In this document: piece after piece, positions 9,104 through 18,818 of the stretch
How positions within the stretch are numbered: the stretch's first letter is position 1
Layout: the number at the start of each line of letters is the position of its first letter
Assembly (NCBI GenBank): GCA_963777315.1
Contig: CAVZQC010000003.1
Location: forward strand, 32,001-96,000
Direction of reading: 5' to 3'
Source: Vulcanimicrobiota bacterium
Lineage (GTDB): Bacteria; Vulcanimicrobiota; Vulcanimicrobiia; Vulcanimicrobiales; Vulcanimicrobiaceae
DNA length: 64,000 bases
Notes under the pieces: model-generated
The model's database searches: none
Seen by the model: only the letters and a program-made list of their open reading frames with translations
What the model was told of the DNA's origin: nothing
Program-made: the position numbers and the translations under genes

Positions 9104-10728
9104 ATGACCAGTCGTACTTTACTTCGAAGCGGCGCCCTTTTTGCGATGGGCGTCGCGGTCGCAGTTGCCGCCGTCATCAACGTTGCCCGCTCGAGCGCGG
9201 CGACCCCCACCGTTCCATCCGATATTCGCGCGATCTTCGATAAGCCGGCTTATAAGAATGCAACGTGGGGATTGCGCGTTCAGGATGGGCCGAACGTCCT
9301 TTTGAATCTAAATGCCGCGCGGCCGTTTCTCATCGGATCGGTGCGAAAGATCTTCACAGTCGGCGAGCTGCTGAATGCAGTCGGCGGTGCCCACACGTAT
9401 GACACGCCGGTGTACCGCTCCGGCACGATCCAGGGGGCGTCCTGCGCGGGAATCTGATTTTGGTCGCGTCGGGCGATCTCACGATGGGCGGCCGCGCCAA
9501 TCCAGAAGGAACGATCGCCGTCAGCAACTGGGACCACAACGAAGCCGATAGTTTGGGCAACGCCATATTGACCAAGCCGGATCCCCTCGCAGGGTATCGC
9601 CGGTTAGCGAGGGCGATCAAATCTGCCGGTATCAATCGGGTTGCGGGTGAAGTGGTCATCGACGACCGGCTGTTCAAGCCGTTCGATTTTCGTGGCCAAT
9701 TCAACGTCAAGCCGATCTTTGTCAACGACGATTTGGTGGACATTTCGGCCGTGCCTGGCGGTAAGATTGGAAACGTAAGTAATGTGACTTGGCGGCCGAA
9801 ATCCAACGCGCTTAGCATCAACAATCGTTTACGCACTGGAGCTCCGAATTCTGCGCCTAGCGTCGCTATCGATCCGTTTTTGCCCGCGTGTATCGGACGG
9901 CTCAATTGTAGCTCCGCCATCAAAGGAAATTTGCCGCGCGGTTACGTTCCGCCGCTTACAGGGCGGCACGTCCTCGTTCAAGCTGTGCGGATCGTACAGC
10001 CGTCCAATTATGCGAGAACCGTCTTGATCGAGGCGCTCAATGCAGCAGGGGTTCGTGTCGACGCGCCGGTTGTAGAGCCGAACCCGACGCGCTTGTTACC
10101 CGCGAAAGGCTCGTATCGCTCGAACGCCAAAGTCGCCGAATTAACTGGCATGCCTTATGGTGAGGACGCCAAGCTGATTCTAAAGATCAGCTACAATATC
10201 GGTGCGGACACGAGTTTAGTGCTCTTCGGACTGACGCGCAACGTGGATTCGATGCCTGCGGCGCTGCAGGTGGAGCGACAGAACCTCAAGTCGCATTACG
10301 GCATCAACCCTGATCAGTACCACTTTGTTGATGGAAGCGGGGGTGGAGATTCCACCGCAACGAATGCAGCGGTGACGGGCATGCTCGACCAGCTCGCGAA
10401 AACGCGGGAGCATAAAGCGCTTTTTGACGCGCTGCCTATCCTGGGAGTCGACGGTTCGCTGGCCTTCGTCAAAGATTTCGAGCGCGATTCCACGCTTGCA
10501 GGAGCGGCCGGCAAAGTACACGCGAAGACCGGGACGTACGTAGGCGGATCGCCTTCGGCGATGATGCTGAAAGGACAAACTTTGGGCGGCTACATTACAA
10601 CCAAAACCGGCCGCCATCTAACGTTTGAACTCGTGGTCAATAACGTGCCCATTACCGGCATCCACGATCTAACAAAAGTGTTCCAAGACGAAGGCACGAT
10701 TTCGGCAATGCTCTGGCGCGACTACTAA
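9104..10728 (+). CDS. dacB: D-Ala-D-Ala carboxypeptidase/endopeptidase (PBP4, peptidase S13), split by one frameshift
   Basis: SVRK (SxxK) in the first frame; SYN and KTGT in the second. Adding one G to the G5 run at 9433-9437 gives TIQGGVLRGNLILVASGD. Confidence 0.85.
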
Positions 10729-10759
10729 GTTTAATTGGTATTCCTAGAATCAACTCACG

Positions 10760-11125
10760 ATGTTACGCGAGCAGTTACGCGACCACTCGACGTTCTTCGG
10801 TTTCGCATCTGCGCTGGTTTGCGCGATTGTCGCCGGCAGTGTATCCCATTGGTCTCCTATCTGGATGGCCGCGACTACTATTGCGGGCATTTTCCTTTTT
10901 CCGCGCTGCTTCTATGGGTTCCAAGAAGCGCGAGCACTTCGTGATGCGGACTTCGAACTAGGTTCTGGAAAGTCCGTCAGCTGGTACGTCGAGCCGCCTC
11001 CGAATCAGCTTAAAGCGAAAGCCCATGCTGAGATGCGTCGCCAGGAAGCGGGTGACGCACCAGACGACACCGAGTGGCGGCGTCTTGCCGGCGAAAACGA
11101 CACCCGTCGGGGCGATACACGTTAA
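10760..11125 (+). CDS. Hypothetical membrane protein
   Basis: 121-aa ORF with two N-terminal hydrophobic segments. Confidence 0.5.
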   Translation: MLREQLRDHSTFFGFASALVCAIVAGSVSHWSPIWMAATTIAGIFLFPRCFYGFQEARALRDADFELGSGKSVSWYVEPPPNQLKAKAHAEMRRQEAGDAPDDTEWRRLAGENDTRRGDTR

Positions 11126-11415
11126 GTTCGTTGCATAGCAATCTACGTGTTCCAGAGGGCGTTTCCGCCGAAACGATTGCCGAATATGGTCTAAGATCGG
11201 GTCATAGCGACCATGCGCTTTTGAAAAGCATTACGCTTGACACGATAGCGCTGCTTTGGGACGCGAATGCAAAACCTCATAGCAATGATTGAGTGAAACC
11301 CGCGTGCTGCGGCGTAATGAAACCCGGTATCTGCAAGCAGCAGCATGACCTAAAGGAACGGCGGACGATTCGGCAAAGGCTGACCAGCCCCCAGTGGCAG
11401 AACGGAGCAGAATTT

Positions 11416-11589
11416 ATGTCAACCGACGCGAAGCAGGCACTAGACGAACACGCGCGTTCTATCGATTCGCTGCATCAACAGTTGGCCGCCATGCCGGGCG
11501 CGGACAAAGAACGTTTGAAAGAAGTCGTCGGCAAATACAAGGCGGCCCACAAGCAGTTTGAAGACGACGCGCTCGGGTGTATGAACTAA
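11416..11589 (+). CDS. Small helical hypothetical protein (57 aa)
   Basis: GGAG RBS; amphipathic helical sequence MSTDAKQALDEH...DALGCMN. Confidence 0.65.
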   Translation: MSTDAKQALDEHARSIDSLHQQLAAMPGADKERLKEVVGKYKAAHKQFEDDALGCMN

Positions 11590-13085
11590 CCGCGCAGCAG
11601 TTCCTCGAGCGCGATCCCATCGGGACAGCCTAGTCCCGTGCACGGGTTCCATCCCGCTTGCGCGTTGTAGACTCCATTACTCCCGCCAACCACCTCCCGC
11701 ATGGGTTGTGGATTCGAACCATAGAGCAGCGGCGCGAAAAAGCCGATAGGTTTCGAAAGCCGTTCGTTCAGCCGTGCAGCAAGCGCCGCCCACATCGGTG
11801 CGACTGCGCTCGTTCCCCCTGCGGCTAATTCCGTGCCGTTGAGATATACCAAATATCCCGGCGATTCTTGTGCTGCAACGTCGGGCACACCCCGTCCCGG
11901 CGTCACCCGCAGCGCAGCCGCAACTTCTCGTGCACGATCTTGCCACGCGGGCAGTGGAAAATGCTCGCTGAATCCGCCGCCCGTGTGCTCCCATGCAACC
12001 TCAGCGCCCCCGGATTGAATTTGCGTCGCTCCGGCGGCGTGCGCGAAGGGTGCCGATGCAGGCGCAACGACGTGCGGCTTTCCATCGAGCTGCAGTTCGG
12101 CGCCATGATCTCCTGAAGAGCAAATAACGGTTATGCCGAGTAATGCCGCCGCCGCGAACAAGTCGTTTAAAATATCGAGTGCGCAAGGGGTCCACAGCGG
12201 CTCTGGCCATCCGTAACTGACGGATATAATCGAGGGGCGCATCTCCTCGTCGAAAACCGCGGCGCGCAGCGCGTCTAGGAGGCCGCGCTCGTCGTCGGGC
12301 GCCTGATACAGCACGATGCGCGCATCGGGTGCGAGCGCTGCGGCAATTTGCACGTCCAGCGCCGCCTCCAAGTCTTTGACCGTTTCTATCTCGTGGACCA
12401 GGCTCGCGTTGTCGAGGCGTTTCACCTGCGGCTGCTGCGTCGTAAGTGACTGTGCCTGCATGCATTGGGCGAAATCATCCTCGCGAAACTCGCCGCGCAA
12501 TTGCAGGATAGCGATGGTTTGGCCACGCCCGGTGGCCTGGGGAAAGCGGTAGCGTTCCGCTATTTCGGCCGCGCGAAGCGGCGATTCGCGGCGTTGCAAA
12601 GCGCCCAACCTCTGCGAACGCGGCCACTGGTGAAACCCGAACACGCCCCGCAGTAACGCCGCGATTTCCGCCGGCGCATGCAACGCGCCGTCGCGATGGC
12701 GGAAACGGTATCCGCTGGAATCCTCGAACGTCGCGACGGAAGCTCCGAACGCTTCGATGGAACGATCCAACGGTGCGCGCAAGACCAAGCAACGCCAGTG
12801 CTGTTCGAGGACTTCAATGCGGTGACGAGTGCAGTATGCCCGAAATTCATCGATGGCGCTATCGTCGGCCGCGCTTGCCTTAACCAGGGCCGCGCGTTCT
12901 GCATACGTTCGCGCGCCGATGGAAGTGTGGCCGATCTCGTACGCTCGGCTCACATCCACCGCGTTCTGCGCGTGGGGCTGCAGCCAGGCCGTCAGTAAGA
13001 CCTCGTTCTCCGCTCGAACGTCTCCTACGCGCGTACTCGCCGGCCACTGTGTGCGTTTCGTTCCTGGAATGGCAACGCTCGTCAT
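11586..13085 (-). CDS. Sedolisin/kumamolisin-like S53 peptidase with prodomain
   Basis: EAALD (ExxxD), SSGD, RGVPDVA, GGTS and GWNPCTGLG motifs. Confidence 0.92.
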   Translation of the reverse strand: MTSVAIPGTKRTQWPASTRVGDVRAENEVLLTAWLQPHAQNAVDVSRAYEIGHTSIGARTYAERAALVKASAADDSAIDEFRAYCTRHRIEVLEQHWRCLVLRAPLDRSIEAFGASVATFEDSSGYRFRHRDGALHAPAEIAALLRGVFGFHQWPRSQRLGALQRRESPLRAAEIAERYRFPQATGRGQTIAILQLRGEFREDDFAQCMQAQSLTTQQPQVKRLDNASLVHEIETVKDLEAALDVQIAAALAPDARIVLYQAPDDERGLLDALRAAVFDEEMRPSIISVSYGWPEPLWTPCALDILNDLFAAAALLGITVICSSGDHGAELQLDGKPHVVAPASAPFAHAAGATQIQSGGAEVAWEHTGGGFSEHFPLPAWQDRAREVAAALRVTPGRGVPDVAAQESPGYLVYLNGTELAAGGTSAVAPMWAALAARLNERLSKPIGFFAPLLYGSNPQPMREVVGGSNGVYNAQAGWNPCTGLGCPDGIALEELLRG

Positions 13086-13171
13086 GCGTGGCAGATTGGA
13101 CAAGGGTGAAACGGAACCCGCCGGCCGGCGCGTTCGGCGGAGGGAAGCAACCCCAGCACGAAGCAGGTCGT

Positions 13172-15970
13172 ATGGGGATGCAGGCTGAGGCCGAAAACAC
13201 GGTCTCCGTTCTCCCTACCGGTACGGTGACGTTTTTGTTTTCGGATATCGAAGGCAGCACCGTGCGGTGGGAAAGCGCGCCCGATGCAATGGCGCTTGCG
13301 TTAGCGCGCCATGACGCGATGATGCGCGAGCTCATCGAAGCGCACGGCGGATACGTGTTTAAAACGATCGGAGATGCTTTCTGCGCGGCCTTCGCAAGTA
13401 CGCCTGAAGCGACCGCCGCCGCCCTTGACGCCCAGCGCGCCCTTATCGCCGAAGATTTTTCGCACGTCGACGGACTGCGCGTGCGCATGGCACTGCATTC
13501 GGGAACTTGCGGCGAGCGCGGCGGCGACTACTTCGGTCCCACCGTCAATCGGGTTGCGAGGTTGCTCGCAATCGGTCATGGCGGTCAGGTGCTGCTCTCG
13601 CGTGCCTGCGCGGAGCTCCTACGCGGTGACACGCCGCAATACGCTCTGCGCGATCTCGGCAGCCACCGGCTCAAGGACCTCTCCCAACCGGAATACGTCT
13701 ATCAGCTGATGGCGCCGGAATTGCCCGACGCGTTTCCGGAGTTGCTCTCGCTCGATCATCTGTCAAACAATTTGCCGGCTCAATTAACGTCGTTCGTCGG
13801 ACGCGAGGAGGTGATGGGTGAGATTAAGGCGCTGCTCGCGCATAACCGGCTCGTGACGCTCGTCGGAACGGGCGGTGCGGGCAAGACGCGTTGTGCGATT
13901 CAGGTCGGCGCAGAATTGCTCGACGGTTCGGGCGACGGCGTATGGTTAGCCGAACTGGCGCCGATCTCCGACGCCTCGCTCGTCACGAGTGCCATTGCGC
14001 GCGCATTGAACGTACAAGCATCGCCGAACCGCCCGATACTGGATACGCTGATCGGTTATCTCAAGCGTAAACGGCTGCTGCTGATTCTTGACAACTGCGA
14101 ACACGTCATCGACGAAGCGCGAACCGTCGCGAGCGCAATACTGCGGGCTTCTCCCGAGGTGCGTATTCTCGTAACGAGCCGTGAGGCGTTGAATATTGCG
14201 GGCGAACGGCTCTATCGCATGCCTTCGCTTGCCGTGCCGCCTACAACGCAGGCGCTATCGCCGCAGGACATCCTCGGATTCGGTGCCTCATTGCTTTTTA
14301 GCGACCGAGCCTTGTCCGTGACCGATCGATTTACGTTGACGGATGAGAACGTCTCGCATGTCGCGGAGATCTGCCGGAGACTCGATGGGATTCCACTGGC
14401 CATTGAACTGGCGGCCGCACGGGTGAAAGTGCTCTCGCCCAAGCACATCGCGCAGATGCTCGACGAGCGCTTCCGTTTGCTGACCGGCGGCGATCGCAAT
14501 GCGCTGCCGCGCCAGCAGACCATGCGCGCCCTGATCGATTGGAGCTACGATCTGCTCACGGACGACGAACGAGCGCTTTTCCGCAAACTCTCGATCTTCG
14601 CCGGCGGCTTCACGCTGGAGGCCGCCGCGATCGTATGCACCGGGAGCGAGATGGATGAAATCGCCATGCTGGATCCGCTTTCGTCGCTCGTAGACAAGTC
14701 GCTCCTGCAAGCCGAGCAAGTTGAAAGTGGGACGCGGTACCGATTCTTGGAATCCACGCGGCAATATGCCCGCGAGCGTCTCGCCGAGCATGGAGAGCAT
14801 GCAGCGGTTGCACAGGCGCATGCAACCGCATTTCTGACCCTTGCTGAAAAGCTGGGGCGAAGTTGGGAGACGACGTCCGATCGGGAGTGGTTCGCCCAGT
14901 TGGAGCCGGAGCTGGAAAACTTCCGCGCAGCGTTGAGCTGGTCGCTCGGCGCGCGAGGCGATGTTTTGCTTGGGCAGCGGCTGGCGGGGGCGTTGCATCA
15001 AGCGTGGTGGTCGCTGGCGACGGCAGAGGGGCGCAGGTGGGTGCAGATGGCGCGCGATCTTACCAACGACCAGACGCCCCGGCCGGTGATGGCCGTACTC
15101 GATCTCACGGAAGCCGAGCTCGCCGCGTCGCTCGTACAATATACGGCAAGCCGTACGGCGTGTGAACGTGCTCTGGGGCACTACAGTGCGATTGGCGATG
15201 CCATGGGAATTGCGTACGCGCAGCGATGTCTGGCCCTCGCGCTGATCTTTCTGGGAAAGATCGAAGAGGGTGAGGCGCTGCTGGGGCCGGCCCTATCGCA
15301 AGCTCGAGCGCTGGGAGCGCGAAGACTGACGGGAGTCGTGCTGCAGACGCTAGCGGACGCGCGTCATTCGGTCGGTGACGTCAGCGAAGCTCGACGCCTG
15401 CACGCCGAAGCATTGGCCAACCTTCGAGCCGTCGGCGCGGAACGCACGGCCGCAAACGTCTGTGTAAATCTCGGCGAAGCGGAGTTTCACGGCGGAAACG
15501 CAGACGAAGCGCTTCGATGGGCAAGTGAGGCGCTCGCTACCCACCGGTCGTTCAACGCCACGCGCGGTATCGCGTTTGCGCAGATCAACATGACGGCATA
15601 TTTGACGGCGCTCGAACGGTACGATGAAGCGCGCCTTTGCGCGCGCGCGGCGATCGGCGCGGCACGCGACGCGCAACTCCAAGTAGGTACGGCATGGGCG
15701 CTGCAGCATCTTGCGGCAACGGTTGTGCTGCGCCCGGCAGATCCCAAGCAGGCGCGTGACGAACGGCGTTGCGGGACGCGTCTTTTGGGCTACGCCGATG
15801 CGCGCCTGACTGAACTGGAATCGTTGCGTGAATTCACCGAGCAGCAGGAGTACGAAAAAATGCTTGCCGCATTAGGCGCGGCGTTAGATGCGGATGAAGT
15901 TGCAAAGCTCATGCGGGAAGGCAGCCTCTGGAGCGAAGATCAAGCCGTCGCCGAGGCGATGCTCATTTAA
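13172..15970 (+). CDS. Class III adenylate cyclase + STAND/NB-ARC-like ATPase + TPR protein
   Basis: FSDIEGST, KTIGDAF, DYFGPTVNRVAR; Walker A GTGGAGKT; LDNCEH; LDGIPLAIELAA; helical C-terminal repeats. Confidence 0.9.
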   Translation: MGMQAEAENTVSVLPTGTVTFLFSDIEGSTVRWESAPDAMALALARHDAMMRELIEAHGGYVFKTIGDAFCAAFASTPEATAAALDAQRALIAEDFSHVDGLRVRMALHSGTCGERGGDYFGPTVNRVARLLAIGHGGQVLLSRACAELLRGDTPQYALRDLGSHRLKDLSQPEYVYQLMAPELPDAFPELLSLDHLSNNLPAQLTSFVGREEVMGEIKALLAHNRLVTLVGTGGAGKTRCAIQVGAELLDGSGDGVWLAELAPISDASLVTSAIARALNVQASPNRPILDTLIGYLKRKRLLLILDNCEHVIDEARTVASAILRASPEVRILVTSREALNIAGERLYRMPSLAVPPTTQALSPQDILGFGASLLFSDRALSVTDRFTLTDENVSHVAEICRRLDGIPLAIELAAARVKVLSPKHIAQMLDERFRLLTGGDRNALPRQQTMRALIDWSYDLLTDDERALFRKLSIFAGGFTLEAAAIVCTGSEMDEIAMLDPLSSLVDKSLLQAEQVESGTRYRFLESTRQYARERLAEHGEHAAVAQAHATAFLTLAEKLGRSWETTSDREWFAQLEPELENFRAALSWSLGARGDVLLGQRLAGALHQAWWSLATAEGRRWVQMARDLTNDQTPRPVMAVLDLTEAELAASLVQYTASRTACERALGHYSAIGDAMGIAYAQRCLALALIFLGKIEEGEALLGPALSQARALGARRLTGVVLQTLADARHSVGDVSEARRLHAEALANLRAVGAERTAANVCVNLGEAEFHGGNADEALRWASEALATHRSFNATRGIAFAQINMTAYLTALERYDEARLCARAAIGAARDAQLQVGTAWALQHLAATVVLRPADPKQARDERRCGTRLLGYADARLTELESLREFTEQQEYEKMLAALGAALDADEVAKLMREGSLWSEDQAVAEAMLI

Positions 15971-16026
15971 GCGTACCAGTGCCGCGTTGCGCTCAGATGC
16001 ACAGCGGCGCCACCGAGGAAAACGCT

Positions 16027-17229
16027 TCAAGGCTTTCCGCGCTTCTTCGTGTGCCACCAAGTCCAGGATGGCCTTCGGCGCGTTTTGCGCAAAGCGGGCT
16101 GGGCCGCCGAAGGGGCGACCGGAGCAGGGCGAAAGTTCATGATGACGACGCGAAGTATACCGGCCACCGGCACCGCGAGCAGAAGGCCCGGAATACCGGC
16201 CAGCTCACCGCCTGCGAGCAAGGCGAGCACGACCGCAAGCGGCGTCAACTCGACGCTCTTGCTGACGACGTTGGGAGCGATAATGTGGCCTTCGAGCTGA
16301 TTTATCACAACGATTCCCAACGTGACGAACAGCGCATTTTCTACGCCGTTTGTGAATAGAGCGATGAAGAAGGCCGGGAGCCAACCGGCAATCGCGCCGA
16401 TGTAGGGAATGACGTCAAGAACGCCGGCAACGGCGCCGATAAGTGCCGCATATTGCACGTGCAATCCCAGCAGCAGGAGCGTCACGAGCGTACCAACGAT
16501 CGCGGCGACGATGAGCTGCCCGCGGATAAAACCGCCGACGACGTGATCGAGATCGGCAATGATTTTCAGCGCCTTCGGCTGCGCGTTCTTGGGGACGAAC
16601 CCCAGGAGGGTTCGCTTGAGCCCTTCAGATTCGATCATCAGATATGCCGCCACCACCGGAATGATGACAAACAGCGCCCCTACGGTCACGATGGAGACGA
16701 GGACGGGCAATACGGTACTGGCCACGCCGGCGCCGTATTTCGAAATGTTCAGCTCGAGCTGCGCGGGGAAATCCTTGAGGTAATCACGCAGCCCCGACGG
16801 TAGATGCTTGGTAAATGGATTGTTTGGATCGACTAGCGCGGATTGCGCATGGTTCACCAGCCTGGGAGCATCGTGAACGAGCTGCTGCGCGTCGGCACCA
16901 AGGATCGGCGCGGCGATATAAATCCCGAACGCAATGAGCAGCGCGATCCCCAGATACACGATGGCGATGGAGACACCGAGCGGGAGCCTGCGATTCAGCC
17001 GGGTTATGAGCGGAAAGACGAGATATGCAAAAAGTACCGCGCCGATGACGACGATTGTAAAGGTGCGAACCCGCACCAAAAACTCCAGCGCCTTATAGAG
17101 AATGAAACCTGCGAGTATGGCGAGCCAGCAGATGCGCACCGCGTACAGCACGCGATCGCTGCGCTGGACGAGCCGTAGCCGCGCGGTTTCTTCCTGTTCT
17201 TGACGGCCGGGAACCGTTCCGTCCTCCAT
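16027..17229 (-). CDS. AI-2E family (PerM-like) transporter
   Basis: GFIRGQ, IPYIGA, QLEGHIIAP and GLLLAVP motifs; multiple TM segments. Confidence 0.9.
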   Translation of the reverse strand: MEDGTVPGRQEQEETARLRLVQRSDRVLYAVRICWLAILAGFILYKALEFLVRVRTFTIVVIGAVLFAYLVFPLITRLNRRLPLGVSIAIVYLGIALLIAFGIYIAAPILGADAQQLVHDAPRLVNHAQSALVDPNNPFTKHLPSGLRDYLKDFPAQLELNISKYGAGVASTVLPVLVSIVTVGALFVIIPVVAAYLMIESEGLKRTLLGFVPKNAQPKALKIIADLDHVVGGFIRGQLIVAAIVGTLVTLLLLGLHVQYAALIGAVAGVLDVIPYIGAIAGWLPAFFIALFTNGVENALFVTLGIVVINQLEGHIIAPNVVSKSVELTPLAVVLALLAGGELAGIPGLLLAVPVAGILRVVIMNFRPAPVAPSAAQPALRKTRRRPSWTWWHTKKRGKP

Positions 17230-17309
17230 TGCGCAGCCGCTCCACTCATGACGATCGCTGCTCCCACCGTTGGTGGCGCTCCTCGCAGTATTTCACTGCG
17301 TTCGCCGGC

Positions 17310-18818
17310 TCAAACGATTTTGACGCGAAATTTTGCAACCACTTTGCCGTTGACCGGCAGCGAGCCGCCGCTATAGGTAAAGGTAACCGTTCCGCCGGAC
17401 TGAGCGGGCGCGCACGAGAGCGGCCCGGGCGTGGTCACGCAGGTTGCGCTCGCCGCCACGTATGCCGTGTATTGCGGGATGGGGTCGCTGATGGAAAACG
17501 ACTGCAGCGCGAACGCGCGGTGATTGGTAAACGTCAGCGTGTATTCCAGTACGTCGCCGGGCAGTCCATTCACCGTATTTCCCGGCCCGAGGGACTCGGT
17601 GATGTTCGCGACCTGTTTGACGAGATTCGCCGCGGTAAACGTCGTCGTGACCGCGTTCGAAGAAAGTGTTTGCCCACCGTACTCCGAGGGGTCGAACGGA
17701 ACGCTTCCCTGCGCGGTATTGACGGCGCTGCCGCTCGAGGAGCTCGTCGAGCCGACCACGTGCAGCGTCGCCGTAGCGCCCGCGCTCAAGTTTGAAGCGG
17801 TTGCAACGACGGTTTGAGCGCTGGCAGCCGACGTTACGGCGCAAGTGCCGGCGCCGCCGGTCACCGCGCATGATGGCGGTGTGATAGACGAGATTGTGAT
17901 GCTCGCAGGGATCGGGTCGGTCAGCGAGGCGCTCGCGGCGGCGAAATATCCCGTGTTCTTGAGCGCGACGTCGTAGAAGAGTGAATCGCCCGGACCGGCA
18001 GCGCCGGTGCCCGCCTTCGCGATCGTGAATGTGGCCGGTACGGATGCGAGATCGTTGACCACGTCGCTTCCGGTCGCAATCGCGGTGTGGCTGCCGACAA
18101 GCGCGCCTGCGGTGGTGTATTCCCACAGCGTCCAAGGAGAACCGCTGCCGATTTGCTCGCAGGCGGCCAGGTCGCCGTTGGGCAAAAGCGCCGCGCCCGT
18201 AAGGCTTCCGCTGGGCCCACTGAGCGTTACGGGACCGGTGACTGCGCCGGTCGTTGCGTTGATCGTGTACAGACTGTGCGTCGCAACGACGTAAAGCGTT
18301 TCGTTGTTGGCTGCAGTCGGAGCGGCGACGATGTCGCCGTTGGTACCGATCGACGTGCTCAGCGTAAGCGTCTTTTGAACCGCGGCCGTGGATGGGTTTA
18401 CCCAGGCGACGGTGTTTGCGCTGGTCATCGTCACGAGGCATCCCGCAGCGCAATACTTCGTCGTAGGATCGAACGACATGCGCGCCTCCGTACCGGACAA
18501 ACCGGAGATCGATCCCACGATCGTTGCGGCACCATAGGCCGTTGCCGACGTCGGCGCGTTCGGATTGAAAGCCGCCTTGACCAGCTGCCCGGAAGCATTC
18601 GAAACGTACAGATTGCCGCTCAAGTCCTGCGCCAGATCCTGGGCGCTGGTTCCCGAAAAAATACTCCCGTACGATTGAACGACGGAGCCCGACGTGGTGT
18701 CGATGAGATAGACGCCGGCGCTGTCGCTGAGCACCATGATGGTTGCCGCGCGTCCGGCAGCCATCGCACCGATCCATCCCAGCACGGCCAGCGCCGCCGC
18801 AAGAAGATAGCGGCGCAT
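17310..18818 (-). CDS. Secreted protein: beta-propeller-like N-terminus + DUF11 domain + C-terminal incomplete DUF11 (putative tip adhesin)
   Basis: Signal peptide; LYxI/VD-type blade repeats; IAK..GPGDSLFYDVALKNTG and LVK..LPGDVLEYTLTFTN..ISDPIP; ends VAKFRVKIV. Confidence 0.75.
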   Translation of the reverse strand: MRRYLLAAALAVLGWIGAMAAGRAATIMVLSDSAGVYLIDTTSGSVVQSYGSIFSGTSAQDLAQDLSGNLYVSNASGQLVKAAFNPNAPTSATAYGAATIVGSISGLSGTEARMSFDPTTKYCAAGCLVTMTSANTVAWVNPSTAAVQKTLTLSTSIGTNGDIVAAPTAANNETLYVVATHSLYTINATTGAVTGPVTLSGPSGSLTGAALLPNGDLAACEQIGSGSPWTLWEYTTAGALVGSHTAIATGSDVVNDLASVPATFTIAKAGTGAAGPGDSLFYDVALKNTGYFAAASASLTDPIPASITISSITPPSCAVTGGAGTCAVTSAASAQTVVATASNLSAGATATLHVVGSTSSSSGSAVNTAQGSVPFDPSEYGGQTLSSNAVTTTFTAANLVKQVANITESLGPGNTVNGLPGDVLEYTLTFTNHRAFALQSFSISDPIPQYTAYVAASATCVTTPGPLSCAPAQSGGTVTFTYSGGSLPVNGKVVAKFRVKIV

